Shown here: positions 13,065-25,824 of the stretch, one piece after another
Layout of the letters: every line of letters starts with the position of its first letter
Position numbering within the stretch: position 1 is the first letter of the stretch
Source of the DNA: Octopus sinensis
Taxonomy: Eukaryota
Direction: 5' to 3'
Assembly (NCBI RefSeq): GCF_006345805.1
Contig: NC_042998.1
Span: forward strand, 46,748,001 to 46,812,000
DNA: 64,000 nt
Notes under the pieces: generated by a model
Database searches by the model: none
Seen by the model: only the letters and a program-made list of their open reading frames with translations
Told to the model about the DNA's origin: nothing
Made by a program: the position numbers and the translations under genes

Positions 13065-13500
13065 ATGCGTGGCTGTGTGGTAAGAAGCTTCTTTCCTAAC
13101 CTTACGGTCCTTGGTTCAGTTCCACTGCGTAGCACCTTGGGGCAAGTGTTTTCTATTATAGCATCGCCTCAACCAAAGCCTTGTGAGTGGGTTAAGTAGA
13201 CGGAAACTGAAAGAAGCCCATCGTATACACACACACAAATATATTATATATATTTGTGTGTGTGTATGTATGTGTGTGTTTTTGTGCCTGTGTTTGTACA
13301 TCACAACCGTTTGACAACCGGTGTTGCAGTGTTTACGTCCCCGTAACGTCGCGGTTCGATAAAAGACACCGACAGGATAAGTACCAAGCATAACAAAAAA
13401 TACGTACCAGAGTCGATTCATTCGACTAAAAGTTCTTCGAGGTGATGCTCCAGCATGGCCACAGTCTAATGACTAAAGCAAGTAAAAGATAAAAGATAAC
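13065..13500 (+). mobile_element. Bipartite SINE family D
   Basis: Head gtggctgtgtggtaag, (TG)n linker, tail ggtgatgctccagcatggccacagtctaatgactaaagc, (AAAGAT)n end. Confidence 0.85.
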
Positions 13501-14592
13501 AAAAAAGTACAGTAATGGATCGATATTCGAGTTAATTTGTTCCCGGAGAAGACTCGTAAAGCGAAAACTCGTAAAGCAGAGCAACAATTTCCTATAGTAG
13601 CAATGGAATTTCTACCGTTCTCTTACTCCGTCGCTGTGTAGACGCGTCAGAACCAGTGTCGCCACATGTTGCGACGTTGCCACCCACAAAATAGCTGTTT
13701 AACTTTTTTATATTTGTTTTAAAAAAAATCTCGTCAACTCAGGGTCTCATATACACGTATAGATGTAAGTATGTACATATACGTATGTATATATGCATAT
13801 ATATATTATTTATATTATTATATGATTGAACGCCACGCATCCTCTTCAAGGCAAGTTTTATTTTAATAAATCTGATATACACTCTATACGATCTTTTTAC
13901 TCTTTCGTTTTTCTCTCTTTCTCTCTCTTATTATTTTACCACCTCTTCTCCCGCTATTCTATCCTATTACTCTGTCACTCTCTCTCCCTCACTCCTCCTC
14001 CCTTGCTGACGTGGCTCCTACGTGACCATCGACCATCTTTCTTTCTTCTAACTTGTGTTTCTTTATTTCTCTCCGTTGTAGCTAGAACAAGGAAGACGTG
14101 TTCTTGTTTGTCTCCTGTCCAAGCTCGATTTACGCGTTCGCCATCACAACCCCGTTTAGGCTTAGCAGCCCTTCCTGTTTGTTTTCACTGTCCTGTTTGT
14201 GTTACCAATTTTGACCCTCCGCAAATCCCAAATTTTATTTAATCTGCTTTGCAAGAGCAACTGTTTTATCGAAAGCGTATATTGTTGTTAAATGTTCGAA
14301 ATACGAGGCTAGAAAAACAGCCAAAAAGTGATGAAGGGTCGTTCTTTATGTTGTTTGTTTTGTTTTCCATTTATGTCTTTCCTTGTTCGAAAGAATAGTT
14401 GATGTTCCATGTACTCATGCTTCGTATTTTTCGTTGTACACATTGCGTGACGTCCTGTGCCACATATCCATATATATATAATATATATATATATACCTAT
14501 ATATATACATATATATATATATAATAATTATATATATATACTATATTTATATACCGTGAGTAAAGTAAATGTTATCTAGGTGGGAAACAGAG

Positions 14593-14708
14593 TACTGTTT
14601 TAAGCAGCAGAAATTTCACGAAAGCTGTTCGTCGAGTTTGTCCGACGACTGGAACGTGAACTCCGAGTAACAGCTTTTGTTAAATTTCTGCTGCTTTTAA
14701 ATACAGTA
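14593..14708. repeat. Fold-back element with hammerhead-like relic
   Basis: Arms actgttttaagcagcagaaatttcacgaaagctgtt / aacagcttttgttaaatttctgctgcttttaaatacagt; internal CCGACGA..GAACTCCGAGTA. Confidence 0.65.
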
Positions 14709-15539
14709 TATATACTCTATATATTATATATATATATATAGATTTATTATGTACCGTATATATGTATATAGATATGTATACTATATATATTATATATATA
14801 TATATATATATGTTATATATTTATATAATATATATTATATATATATATGTACACATATCACGCAAAAAAAAAAAGATCCTTACCTTGATTATTCTATAAT
14901 TTATTGCTATGTCATATATCTAGCTTATTCACCGTGCCGATATGCATTTAACGTGTTTTATAGTCCCAATGACTGCTTTTCGGCATGTTTGGTGTCTTTT
15001 AGACACCACTCATTTTAATTGTTAAAATTTTTTACTTTTGAAAGAGATTTTTTTGGGCCACTTGATTAATTACAACATCGATCGATACCATATCGCCTGC
15101 TTTATCACATAATAATTACGCGGTTCGCTTAATAAACCTCACCAACGCGGTGTCTGGAATCCATACCGGGTGCCTACGTGCATGAGTCCGCTCCCTAACC
15201 ACGTTATCGTATATATGTATATATATCTATATATATATCTGTATTATATATAATATATATATTATCAATATACATATATATATATCTATATATTATCACA
15301 CAAACCAGATATATACCTTGGATCTTGATATTATTCAATAATTTTTGCAGTATGTATTGTCTTTCTTATTTACCTCATGTTTGCTGCATGTACAACCCAC
15401 ATACGTGGTTTTATATTCAGAATTTCGATGCTATATAACTTATATGGTGTCTTTTAGACACCCGCATTATGTTTAAACCTTTTAAGGAAGATTTTTCATG
15501 CTGGCCACTTGATATAATTAAATATCCGATATCGCTCAC

Positions 15540-15691
15540 TACATACTTTATATATATTATATCAATATTAATATATATTATAGATATATATATATATCAT
15601 AATATATACTGATAATATATATAATATCCACACTATATATATTATATTAATATATATATATATATAGTATATTTATTTCATATATATATAA

Positions 15692-15730
<39 letters not shown>

Positions 15731-15794
15731 TTAAATATGTTTGTCTATAATATATATATATTATATATTACTATATATATATATATTTATACTC

Positions 15795-15825
<31 letters not shown>

Positions 15826-15935
15826 CATTAATAATATATATATATTATATATATATATTATATATATATATATATTATATATATATATATATATATAATA
15901 TATATATATATACAATACATATATATATAAAAGTT
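15540..15935. repeat. Degenerate (TA)n field
   Basis: Direct reading. Confidence 0.9.
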
Positions 15936-16439
15936 AAAAAGACAAAAGAAAAATTCAAAGATAGGAAAGCATTTACAATGTGCAACAGTATTACCTCCCC
16001 TGGACGAGACATTTCTTGCGTCTGGATACCTTCAAACAGGTAGAAAGAAGTGTCAAGTATGTTTCCTGTGGCTTTTAAATGGTGGTCATTCAATCAGCGA
16101 AAGCTTACTGATTAACAACAAGAACAACAACAACAACAATATCACCGAAATGAGGAAGAGTGAAATGATAAGGGCCTAACAGCGGAGAAAGTAGACGTAC
16201 AGGCAGACATACTATAAACATTTATGCTATTTATTATTGTTGTTGTTAGTGGTGGAGGCTTACCTTCAGTTTTTTTTTTTTATCTTTGCCATCTCATTCA
16301 ACATATCTGTTTGACTATCAACGCTTATCACCTAGTTGTGTCTAACAGCTGGCAAGATGTCAGTCGATCTACCGACAACTACACAATAACGTAACATAAG
16401 CTGACTGACTTAACCTGACCTGCTTGCTTACTGACGACG

Positions 16440-16711
16440 ATGATAAAGCTGGCTCTGCTGCTGTTGCTTTTGTTGTTGTTGTTGGTGGGGGTGATGATGA
16501 TGATGATGATGATGATAATGATGATGTTGGGAATGACGACGACTGTATTTGTAGTCGTCGATGATGACGATGATAAGGAGGAGGTGGAAGACGAGGGCAA
16601 TGACGATGGTTGTGATGATAATTCATACATGAATATGAAAAATGATAATTCGATTGCGATGAAGACGATGGCGACAACAATGATGATGCTGACAGTGATG
16701 GCGGTGGTGAG

Positions 16712-16746
<35 letters not shown>

Positions 16747-16890
16747 CGTCGGCGACGATGATGCCGACGAAGAAGATGATGGTGGTGATGGTGGCGGTGG
16801 TGGCGGTGGTGGTGGTGGTGGTGATGGAGGCGCTGGAGGGTAGCTTTTGGTTATACTGATGATTATGAAGACGATGTCGATGATAAAACC
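16440..16890. repeat. (GAT)n/(GTT)n/(GGT)n low-complexity trinucleotide field
   Basis: Direct reading; explains the poly-M/poly-V/poly-D ORFs. Confidence 0.9.
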
Positions 16891-17769
16891 TTAAACTCGG
16901 ATGGATACAAGCAGGCGTCACATCGTAATCCCATCTGTGCTCCGGGGTCAGAGGATGTCAGTTTTGGGGAGACATCATGACTCTAGTGGGACTAGCTAAG
17001 CAGCGCATTGCCGAGAGGGGTAGGGTAAGAGGTAGGAGGAATGTTCAAGAGAGCTCTGTTTAGAAATGAAGGTAGCTAACAGGTAGAAAGTGAGGGAAAT
17101 GGTGGGGAGATGAGTGAAGAAATCTGAATTGCTAGCATGTATATGTGCGTGGGTGTGTGTCTCTCTTGTGTGTACATATTTATATATATATATATATACA
17201 TACACACACATTATATGTAGTATATATACATATGTACGTATGTATCATATATATATATACATTATATGTAATATACATAAGTATATATATATATATATAT
17301 ATATATACTCAGTATATGTAATATGTATATATACATATATATATGCATATATATACGTATAAATAGGAATATACATATATAAATATATTTACATATATAT
17401 GTAAATTGCACACGTATACATAAAATTATGCATATGCACATATGTATACGATGCACACACACATACACAAATGCACACGTACATACACGCACATACATAC
17501 TTACATACATATATATACACACATATACATAATCACACACACATACAAGTGGCGTGTGTGTGTGTGTTGTGTGTGTGTGTGTGTGTGCGTGTGTTATTGG
17601 GTATTGGAATAGTTACACTTATTCCTTAAATTTCCAATTGAAAGCTCAGAATCAGTCCTGTCTTGTATTAAATACCTCAATTAATTTTTGATGTGATATA
17701 GGATATTTGTACAATGAAAGTATAAAGAATAAGTATTAAGAATAAGTGTGAGTTAGTGTAGACTTGCTA

Positions 17770-18660
17770 TGCTTCACTCTCTACCTTCTGTACATGAATG
17801 ATGTACTTGTCGCAGCATCCAGCAACGTTCTTGTTGATGGATAACGCTATCCATGATTTCTTCATAACATTCTCCAATAATGCATTATCCACTCATCCAA
17901 ACTACACAGATTATATGAACAGAAAACTTCGAAAACATCCCCAGTTAGAATACAGCAATCTTGCACTTTTCCAAAGCAAAACTCACTGGCACAGCTCAAA
18001 TCGAGAAAACAGGATTGCACTATATCTCACATTATATATGTACACTCATGTTTTGATCTCCCTTGGCCACTCAAATTTTTGTGCTTCACTATCGTTGAGA
18101 ATCACTTCTGGCGAAAAAATCATCCTCAATGTAGCTAAAACCGCATCCAAAAGATTGGTCATTCCTTTGAAGACCACATAATACTATACAAAAATATAAT
18201 AATAAACGTGAGCCCTGTTTCCCGGTTTCAATGACGTATGTGTTCCCCAGCTGGACGGAACGCCAGTCCATCGCAGCGTCACTCATTTTTGCCAACTGAG
18301 TGGACTGGAGCAACGTGATATGAAATGTTTTGCTCAAGAACACAACGCGTCGCCTGGTCCAGGAATTGAAACCACAATCTTACGATCATGATGCTGACAC
18401 CCTAACCACTAAGCCACGCGCCTCCACTCATAATACTTTGACTCTCAAAAATTCTGACACTCTACTTAGCTCATATGTAACCCACATTGGAGTACTAATG
18501 TCAAAGTACTGTTGCTGCTGCATATGAATTTTATCGACAACATTCAGAAAAAGGCCAGTCGTCTGATTAGTATAAAATCACCCAAAAACACTCTGCAGCA
18601 CCTTGTCCATGATTTTACCTTTGCTGTCTGACCACTCTACTTTGTTTTCTGCCACTATAA
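17770..18660 (+). pseudogene. Decayed Jockey/CR1-group LINE RT and downstream region, interrupted by a SINE
   Basis: LYLLYMNDVL (RT motif remnant), ILNVAKTASKRL, LTLYLAHM*PTLEY and the IQKKASRLI remnant, spread over several frames. Confidence 0.6.
18186..18428 (-). mobile_element. SINE family B with 9-bp TSD
   Basis: Homologous to 1944; CATAATACT at 18177-18185 and 18429-18437. Confidence 0.85.
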
Positions 18661-19719
18661 TAATTTGGAATATCGTCACACCTTTCGTTCATTAATGACG
18701 AGCGTGTCCTTGTAGGTCCACTTGCAGCAGCTGAAATTGAACACTATCAAGACTAACACTAATCAAATTAATTTGGATTCTACAAAACCCAGAAGGCCTT
18801 CGCCTTTCTCTAGAAACAGCTTGGGAAAAAAAAAGATGTGTTCAAGTAGTAGTTTCGGCATGGTGGCAACACTGCCAAAATCACTATATATAAAATAGCA
18901 GCCAAATCTTCCTCCTGTTACGCACTGATGCCAGAGAGATTTGGCTGCTATTTCTTGCGGGTCAAACAACCGTATTGAGCGCACATGGGTAGCATTTTTC
19001 GAGAAGCAGGCTGCGTAAGACATAACTCATCTTGAAGCGAGCTACACAACTAAAAAAATCCCATGACATTTGTCGTCGGACGTGACATTCAGAAAGTTGC
19101 CGTTCGCTTCGATTTGCTTGGTTTAACCTACTGGAAATACGACATGGTTTCATATCTTTACGGTATGGCGTGGTCTAGTTTAGTGATATGGTGTGATGTG
19201 TAATATCATGTAGTGTAATGGGGAAGAGAATGTACAGTGAGGAAGGGTGTAGCTTGGCTCAGTATGGTGACGAGTCGGCGATAGCTATAGTGTCATAATT
19301 GTCCTACTGATGAAAATCCTCACACAATGCTCAAACACATACACACACGTACTCATTTATATATATATACACACACACAACGACACTCACAATGAGTATG
19401 TATATATATTGTGTGTATGTGTTTGGTGCGTTCATATACATCCACACGCGCATTCGGAGAAACACAAACATATCGCATGCACACACCGACTAATAAATAA
19501 ATAAACACCCATTTATAATATACGCACATATGCACATACAGCAGAGTCACATGTAACATCAATACTCACAACACATATATATGTCAATAAACTATGAAAC
19601 ACGCGCTGTTAAAAATAATAATCCCTATACACACGTAAACTAACACATATCAATACGCACATACACTAGCGCTAGGAGTTTGTCATATAAGAAAACGCAT
19701 TGAGACACCTGTACATACA

Positions 19720-19722
19720 TTG

Positions 19723-19799
<77 letters not shown>

Positions 19800-20003
19800 T
19801 ATAAATATATAAATATATATATATATATATGAACACACACGCACACACACACAGATATATACACACATATATATATATATATATACCTATAAATGTTTAT
19901 ATATATATTACGTATATGTATATATATGTATCATATATATATATAAATATAAACATTTATAGCTATATAATATATAGCCACCTATAAATTTGGTTTATCC
20001 TTT

Positions 20004-20045
<42 letters not shown>

Positions 20046-20570
20046 TGATATACATAGTGCGCACACGCGCACACACATACACACACACACATATGTATAT
20101 ACACGTACTTGTACACACAGGGTTTGTATACGACTCGTAATATATTTTATTAGACACATGCATAAACATTCCCTCAAGTTGTGGGCATATTTATTTAAAT
20201 ACTCAGTTTATTTGCATTTGTATTTTATTTGATTTTACTTCAGCTTGTATAACCAAATCTTCTAACACCGGCCATTGTTTTCTCCTAAGCTTGTGTACAC
20301 TCACGCACACACGCACATACGCATATACACAAGCACGTAAATATGCACGTGTTTAAATACATACATACATATACATAAGCACACACACATAAATATATAT
20401 ATATATACATACACACACACACGAACACACACACACATACACACCATATATATATATATATATACATACACACACACACTAACACACACCCACTATATAT
20501 ATACCTGTTAATGTTTATATATATACATATATATGTATATATATGTATCTATACATATACATAACATTTA

Positions 20571-20617
<47 letters not shown>

Positions 20618-20729
20618 CCACCTATAAACTTGTTTATCCTTATCTTTTATATATACACATTTATATATGTATATATATCTGTATGTACTATATATACATA
20701 TATATCTGTATATATATATATATCTGTAT

Positions 20730-20792
<63 letters not shown>

Positions 20793-21025
20793 CACATACA
20801 CACAACTCACACATACGCACATACACATTTATATCCAGCACATATATGTATATGTGTGTATGAGTATAATAAATAAATATATATGTATATATACATATGT
20901 ATGTATGCCTGTATGCATGCATATATGTATATATGTATGTATGTATATATGTATGTATGTATGTATGTATATATATATATCTATATATCTATTTACCTAT
21001 ATATATATATGTATATATATATAAT
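19720..21025. repeat. Extended (TA)n/(AC)n/(TATG)n microsatellite field
   Basis: Direct reading. Confidence 0.9.
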
Positions 21026-21291
21026 ATAAAGAACATGGAGAGTTTGAATACAGTAAAATCAATTTATTTACATAACTGTTGATTACACAACGCCTACGAT
21101 CGTTTTCTTGCCACCTTCCTTCATTTTACAACTAATAATTGCATTATGAGTTTAAAAGGTAGACATCTCTTCACGGTTAAAATCGACATATTTCTTCGCA
21201 TCCTAACAGATTGAGCGTTCATTACAGACTAAGATAGCAACATGCGTTCTGTTGTGTGTGTTTGTATTCCCAAAACCTCATAAACACTCCT

Positions 21292-21329
<38 letters not shown>

Positions 21330-21442
21330 ATATATATTATATATATATATATAAGGAAAGTTTACAAAAAAACAAAAGACAAAGGCAGGTGGTACACAAA
21401 ACAAACAGATGTATTAGTATAACGCTCAGAATAGAAAAAAGT

Positions 21443-21479
21443 CTTTTACGTTTCGAGCCTACGCTCTTCTACAGAAAAA
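21443..21479 (-). ncRNA. Minimal hammerhead-like motif with variant core
   Basis: Minus strand UUUUU CUGUAGA A GAGC GUAG GCUC GAAA CGU A AAAG: stem II GAGC/GCUC, palindromic ACGU stem III, GUA site; A6 is replaced by U. Confidence 0.55.
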
Positions 21480-21527
21480 TACACAAAAAAACAAGGAGAG
21501 AAAAAAATGGGTGTAGTTGCCAACGAT

Positions 21528-21622
<95 letters not shown>

Positions 21623-21883
21623 AGTTACAATTATGATGTTGTTGGTAAAACAGGTTCTTTGTCTATCTCCTTATCCTCTTGGAGATTTTAGTAAAAGTAT
21701 ACTAACGTGTCCTTCTAATTCAATTAATTTCTATGTTTTTTGTGCAGCTGAAGATTCCTCTGCATTTTAAATTGATGTAATGAAATAATTGCATTGTTCT
21801 GTTAAATGGAGTCGCCTGAAACGATGGTATTGCATTACCTCTGGATATCCTTGCTACTTATTTTGATTATATATATATATATG

Positions 21884-21891
21884 ATATCTAA

Positions 21892-21980
<89 letters not shown>
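21884..21980. repeat. (TATC)n microsatellite
   Basis: Direct reading. Confidence 0.95.
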
Positions 21981-22069
21981 ATAATTATTGTGTGCCCCTG
22001 CTTAAAAGAAACTGAGGAAATCCCAATCTCAGGTAAAACATTCGATATAAGAATATTCTTTTTTTTACT

Positions 22070-22445
22070 TCTTTCAGCCATTTGACTGCGGCCATGCTGG
22101 AGCACCACCTAAAGGATGTTAGTCGAAGAAATCGATCTCGCACTTATTCTTTTGCAAGCCTAGTACTTATTCTATCGGTCACTTTTGCCGAACCGCTAGT
22201 TTAGGGCGAACATAAACATACCATTATCGGTTGTTAGGCGATGGTGTGTGGAGAAGCACACACAAATATACACATATATCTATATATGACTGGCTTCTTC
22301 CAGTTTCCGCCTACCAAATCCACTCGCAAGTCTTCGATCAGCTCGAGGCTATAGTAGAAAACACTTGCTCAAGGTACCACGCGGGGCTGAACTCGGAACC
22401 ATGTGATTGGGAAGCAAGCTTTTTTCTACACAGCCATGCCTGCAC
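22070..22445 (-). mobile_element. Bipartite SINE family D
   Basis: Reverse complement of 33408 (ttcagccatttgactgcggccatgctggagcacc ... cttttttctacacagccatgcctgc). Confidence 0.85.
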
Positions 22446-22681
22446 CTATAGTATGTTTATTTATTAAATTAATGACACTAACAAGACTAGTTCTGTTTCC
22501 TTCATCTTCGAATTTCTCCGACTCTCGTTTCATACGTATACATAATGTGGTCCCAGGTTCAACTTCACGTTTGCACATATTTCTTTATATGTCTGTATGT
22601 GTGTGTGTAAACGTGACTATGTGGCGGGGCATTTGTCGCAAGAACGATGTTCTAAATTTAAGCTTATATTACACCTCTTCT

Positions 22682-23063
22682 GAAGCACTCCGTCGGTTAT
22701 GACGACGAGAGTTCCGGTTGATCCGAATCAACGAAACAGCCTGCTCGTGAAATTAACGTGTAAGTGGCTGAGCACTCCACAGACACGTGTACCCTTAACG
22801 TAGTTCTCGGGGATATTCAGCGTGACACAGAGAGTGACAAGGCCGGCCCTTTGAAATACAGGTACAACAGAAACAGGAAGTAAGAGTGAGAGAAAGTTGT
22901 GGTGAAAGAGTACAGCAGGGATCACCACCATCCCCTGCCGGAGCCTAGTGAAGCTTTAGGTGTTTTCGCTCAATAAACACTCACAACGCCCGGTCTGGGA
23001 ATCGAAACCGCGATCCAACGACCGCGAGTCCGCTGCCCTAACCACTGGGCCATTGCGCCTCCA
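22682..23063 (-). mobile_element. tRNA-derived SINE family A, tail type 2
   Basis: Head TGGAGGCGCAATGGCCCAGTGGTTAGGG..GGTTTCGATTCCC; tail 'ccggttgatccgaatcaacg..cagcctgctcgtgaaattaacg'. Confidence 0.92.
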
Positions 23064-23419
23064 CATATTACACCACAATCGCATGAACGATGTTCCAAAT
23101 GTAAGCCTATATTACACTACAGTGAACAGCGTTTGCTATTGTAGCCTCAAACTCACACAAGCATTGTGAATTAATTTTGATTGATGTAACCTCGAAAATC
23201 GAGTCAGATGGATTGTATCTGTAATTCCAATGACCAGCACTGCCATACTGCATGACACTGATTCTGCCTGTAGATATTATGAATGGTATTCTCGGAATAC
23301 TCACTTACTCCAGTATTCAATAAACAGCGAGTCTGAAATGCACGCTTGAAAGCAACTCAGATTCTTCTGCTTCCGCTTTGTCTAATTTAGTTTTAGGTGT
23401 AGCTACAGACTTAAAAAAA

Positions 23420-23670
23420 AAAAAAGATACTTTCTCGAGTCATGCCGACTCATAAGGGCCGGTTTCCCGGTTTCCATGACATATAAATTCTCCACCTGGA
23501 CTGGACCCCGGGCCGTCGCAGGATTACTCATTTCTGCCAGCTGAGCGTACTGGAACAACGGGAAATGAAATGTTTTGCCCAAGAGCACGAGTCGCTCGGT
23601 TCAGAAATCGAAACCACAATCTTACGATCATGAGTCCAACATCCTAATCACTAAGCTAGACACCTTCACA
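23420..23670 (-). mobile_element. SINE family B variant
   Basis: ccggtttcccggtttcc tail and ctcatttctgccagctgag core; A-rich end. Confidence 0.8.
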
Positions 23671-23953
23671 GCTGTAGACTTGGCTACATCTTTTCTCCTA
23701 TAGCATATTACATATCGAATTATGTATGTATCGATGAATAATGATTAAACGAAAGTGCATGGTGATATGCTGTTACATAGAATTTACGCCTCTTCACAGC
23801 CTGTTATGCTTTGCCTGCCGAACGTTACTTTTCCATGAAAAACAATGTCAAACCAAACGTAGACATCGATATAATTGAGTAAAAATCTCCAAGAGTGCTC
23901 TCCTACATGGCATGAATGACCGCAGTACGCAACATTAATCCAATATATTTATA

Positions 23954-24026
<73 letters not shown>

Positions 24027-24218
24027 CTGACCATGCGACATCAAAATATTTGAAGGAAAAGGGACAGGCAACAGGTTGCTTGACCGCATACCGAAAAAAT
24101 AGAAATAGCAGTCAAGAATGCTATTTCTATCAAAGTGGAACTCCGGGCACGACAAACCCTGTAATTCACATATGCAAAACAGAAGGAATAGATATCGAAA
24201 ACGAAGTCTGGTGGTTAT

Positions 24219-24330
24219 CTGTGAACATCATGTTTCTGGATTATAAACATATTGATATATATTTCATATATATTTTTGATATATATTTCATATACATTGC
24301 ATATATATTTCACATCCTTCTTCAGCACAG
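24219..24330 (-). ncRNA. Type I hammerhead ribozyme fold (array 1, inverted copy)
   Basis: Reverse complement of 24728-24840. Confidence 0.65.
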
Positions 24331-24727
24331 CTTTCCATTGAAATAGATTTATCATAGATTTATCAAATGCTACGTACCTCAAACCTTCTGACCATGCGAC
24401 ATCAAAATATTTGAAGAAGCGAGCAAAGGCTAAACCTACATAGACATTTGAATTCGTAAATCTTCCCTCCAAAATTTTGCCATGTGCACTACAAAAATAG
24501 TTCCATAGGAGTAGGAACTATTGGGTTGTCGTAAGGGAGTGAAAAATCCAATTAGTAATATAATAATAAGGGTAAACAATTTCTATAAAAGGGAAGATTT
24601 ACGAATTCAAACGTCTATGTAGGTTTAGCCTTTGCTCGCTTTCTTCAAATATTTTGATGTCGCATGGTCAGAAGTTTGAGGTACGTAGCATTTGATAAAT
24701 CTATGATAAATCTATTTCAATGGAAAG

Positions 24728-24840
24728 CTGTGCTGAAGAAGGATGTGAAATATATATGCAATGTATATGAAATATATATCAAAAATATATATGAAATATA
24801 TATTCAATATGTTTATAATCCAGAAACATGATGTTCACAG
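24728..24840 (+). ncRNA. Type I hammerhead ribozyme fold (array 1)
   Basis: Stem I CTGTG (24728-32)/CACAG (24836-40); CTGAAGA 24733-39; stem II GGAT/ATCC enclosing 73 nt, with A.A at the base; GAAA 24823-26; stem III ACAT-G-ATGT; GUU site. Confidence 0.7.
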
Positions 24841-25370
24841 ATAACCACCAGACTTCGTTTTCGATATCTATTCCTTCTGTTTTGCATATGTGAATTACAG
24901 GGTTTGTCGTGCCCGGAGTCCCACTTTGATAGAAATAAGCATTCTTGACTGCTATTTCTATTTTTTCGGTATGCGGTCAAGCAACCTGTTGCCTGTCCCT
25001 TTTTCTTATATACAATATATATACTGAACTTTACAGAAGTTCCTGCCGGTAATCGGCTATATTTACATACCGAATTCTACCAGTAAATAATTGTGGTTTT
25101 TTTAAAAACCTTTATAGAAATTGTTTACCCTTATTATTATATTACTAATTGGATTTTTCACTCCCTTACGACAACCCAATAGTTCCTACTCCTATGGAAC
25201 TATTTTTGTAGTGCGCATGGCAAAATTTTGGAGGGAAGATTTACGAATTCAAACGTCTATGTAAGTTTAGCCTTTGCTCGCTTTCTTCAAATATTTTGAT
25301 GTCGCATGGTCAGAAGGTTTGAGGTACGTAGCATTTGATAAATCTATGATAAATCTATTTCAATGGAAAG

Positions 25371-25481
25371 CTGTGCTGAAGAAGGATGTGAAATATATAT
25401 GCAATGTATATGAAATATATATCAAAAATATATATGAAATATATATCAATAGTTTATAATCCAGAAACATGATGTTCACAG
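25371..25481 (+). ncRNA. Type I hammerhead ribozyme fold (array 1, second tandem copy)
   Basis: Same core as 24728-24840. Confidence 0.7.
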
Positions 25482-25774
25482 ATAACCACCAGACTTCGTT
25501 TTCGATATCTATTCCTTCTGTTTTGCATATGTGAATTACAGGGTTTGTCATGCCCGGAGTCCCACTTTGATAGAATAAGCATTCTTGACTGCTATTTCTA
25601 TTTTTTCGGTATGCGGTCAAGCAACCTGTTGCCTGTCCCTTTTTCTTATATACAATATATATACTGAACTTTACAGAAGTTCCTGCCGGTAATCGGCTAT
25701 ATTTACATACCGAATTCTACCAGTAAATAATTGTGGTTTTTTTAAAAACCTTTATAGAAATTGTTTACCCTTAT

Positions 25775-25815
<41 letters not shown>

Positions 25816-25824
25816 CCTCTCTAC

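Larger units (their letters stand above)
24022..25780. mobile_element. Hammerhead-bearing ~640-bp unit: one inverted partial copy plus ~1.9 tandem copies (retrozyme/pLTR-like)
   Basis: gggaagatttacg at 24591 and 25233; tttatagaaattgtttaccc at 25111 and 25751; 24056-24588 is the reverse complement; (TA)n on both flanks. Confidence 0.85.

Noticed and set aside
16369-16921. Overlapping 103-180 aa ORFs rich in M, V, S, T and I
   Set aside because: They arise from the (GAT)/(GGT)/(GTT) repeat field; the open frames are a by-product of stop-free triplets.
22990-23063. tRNA-like sequences with A and B boxes (also 7418, 27130, 49500, 63540)
   Set aside because: They run into SINE cores, lack a pairing acceptor stem, and some have TSDs; they are SINE heads, not tRNA genes.
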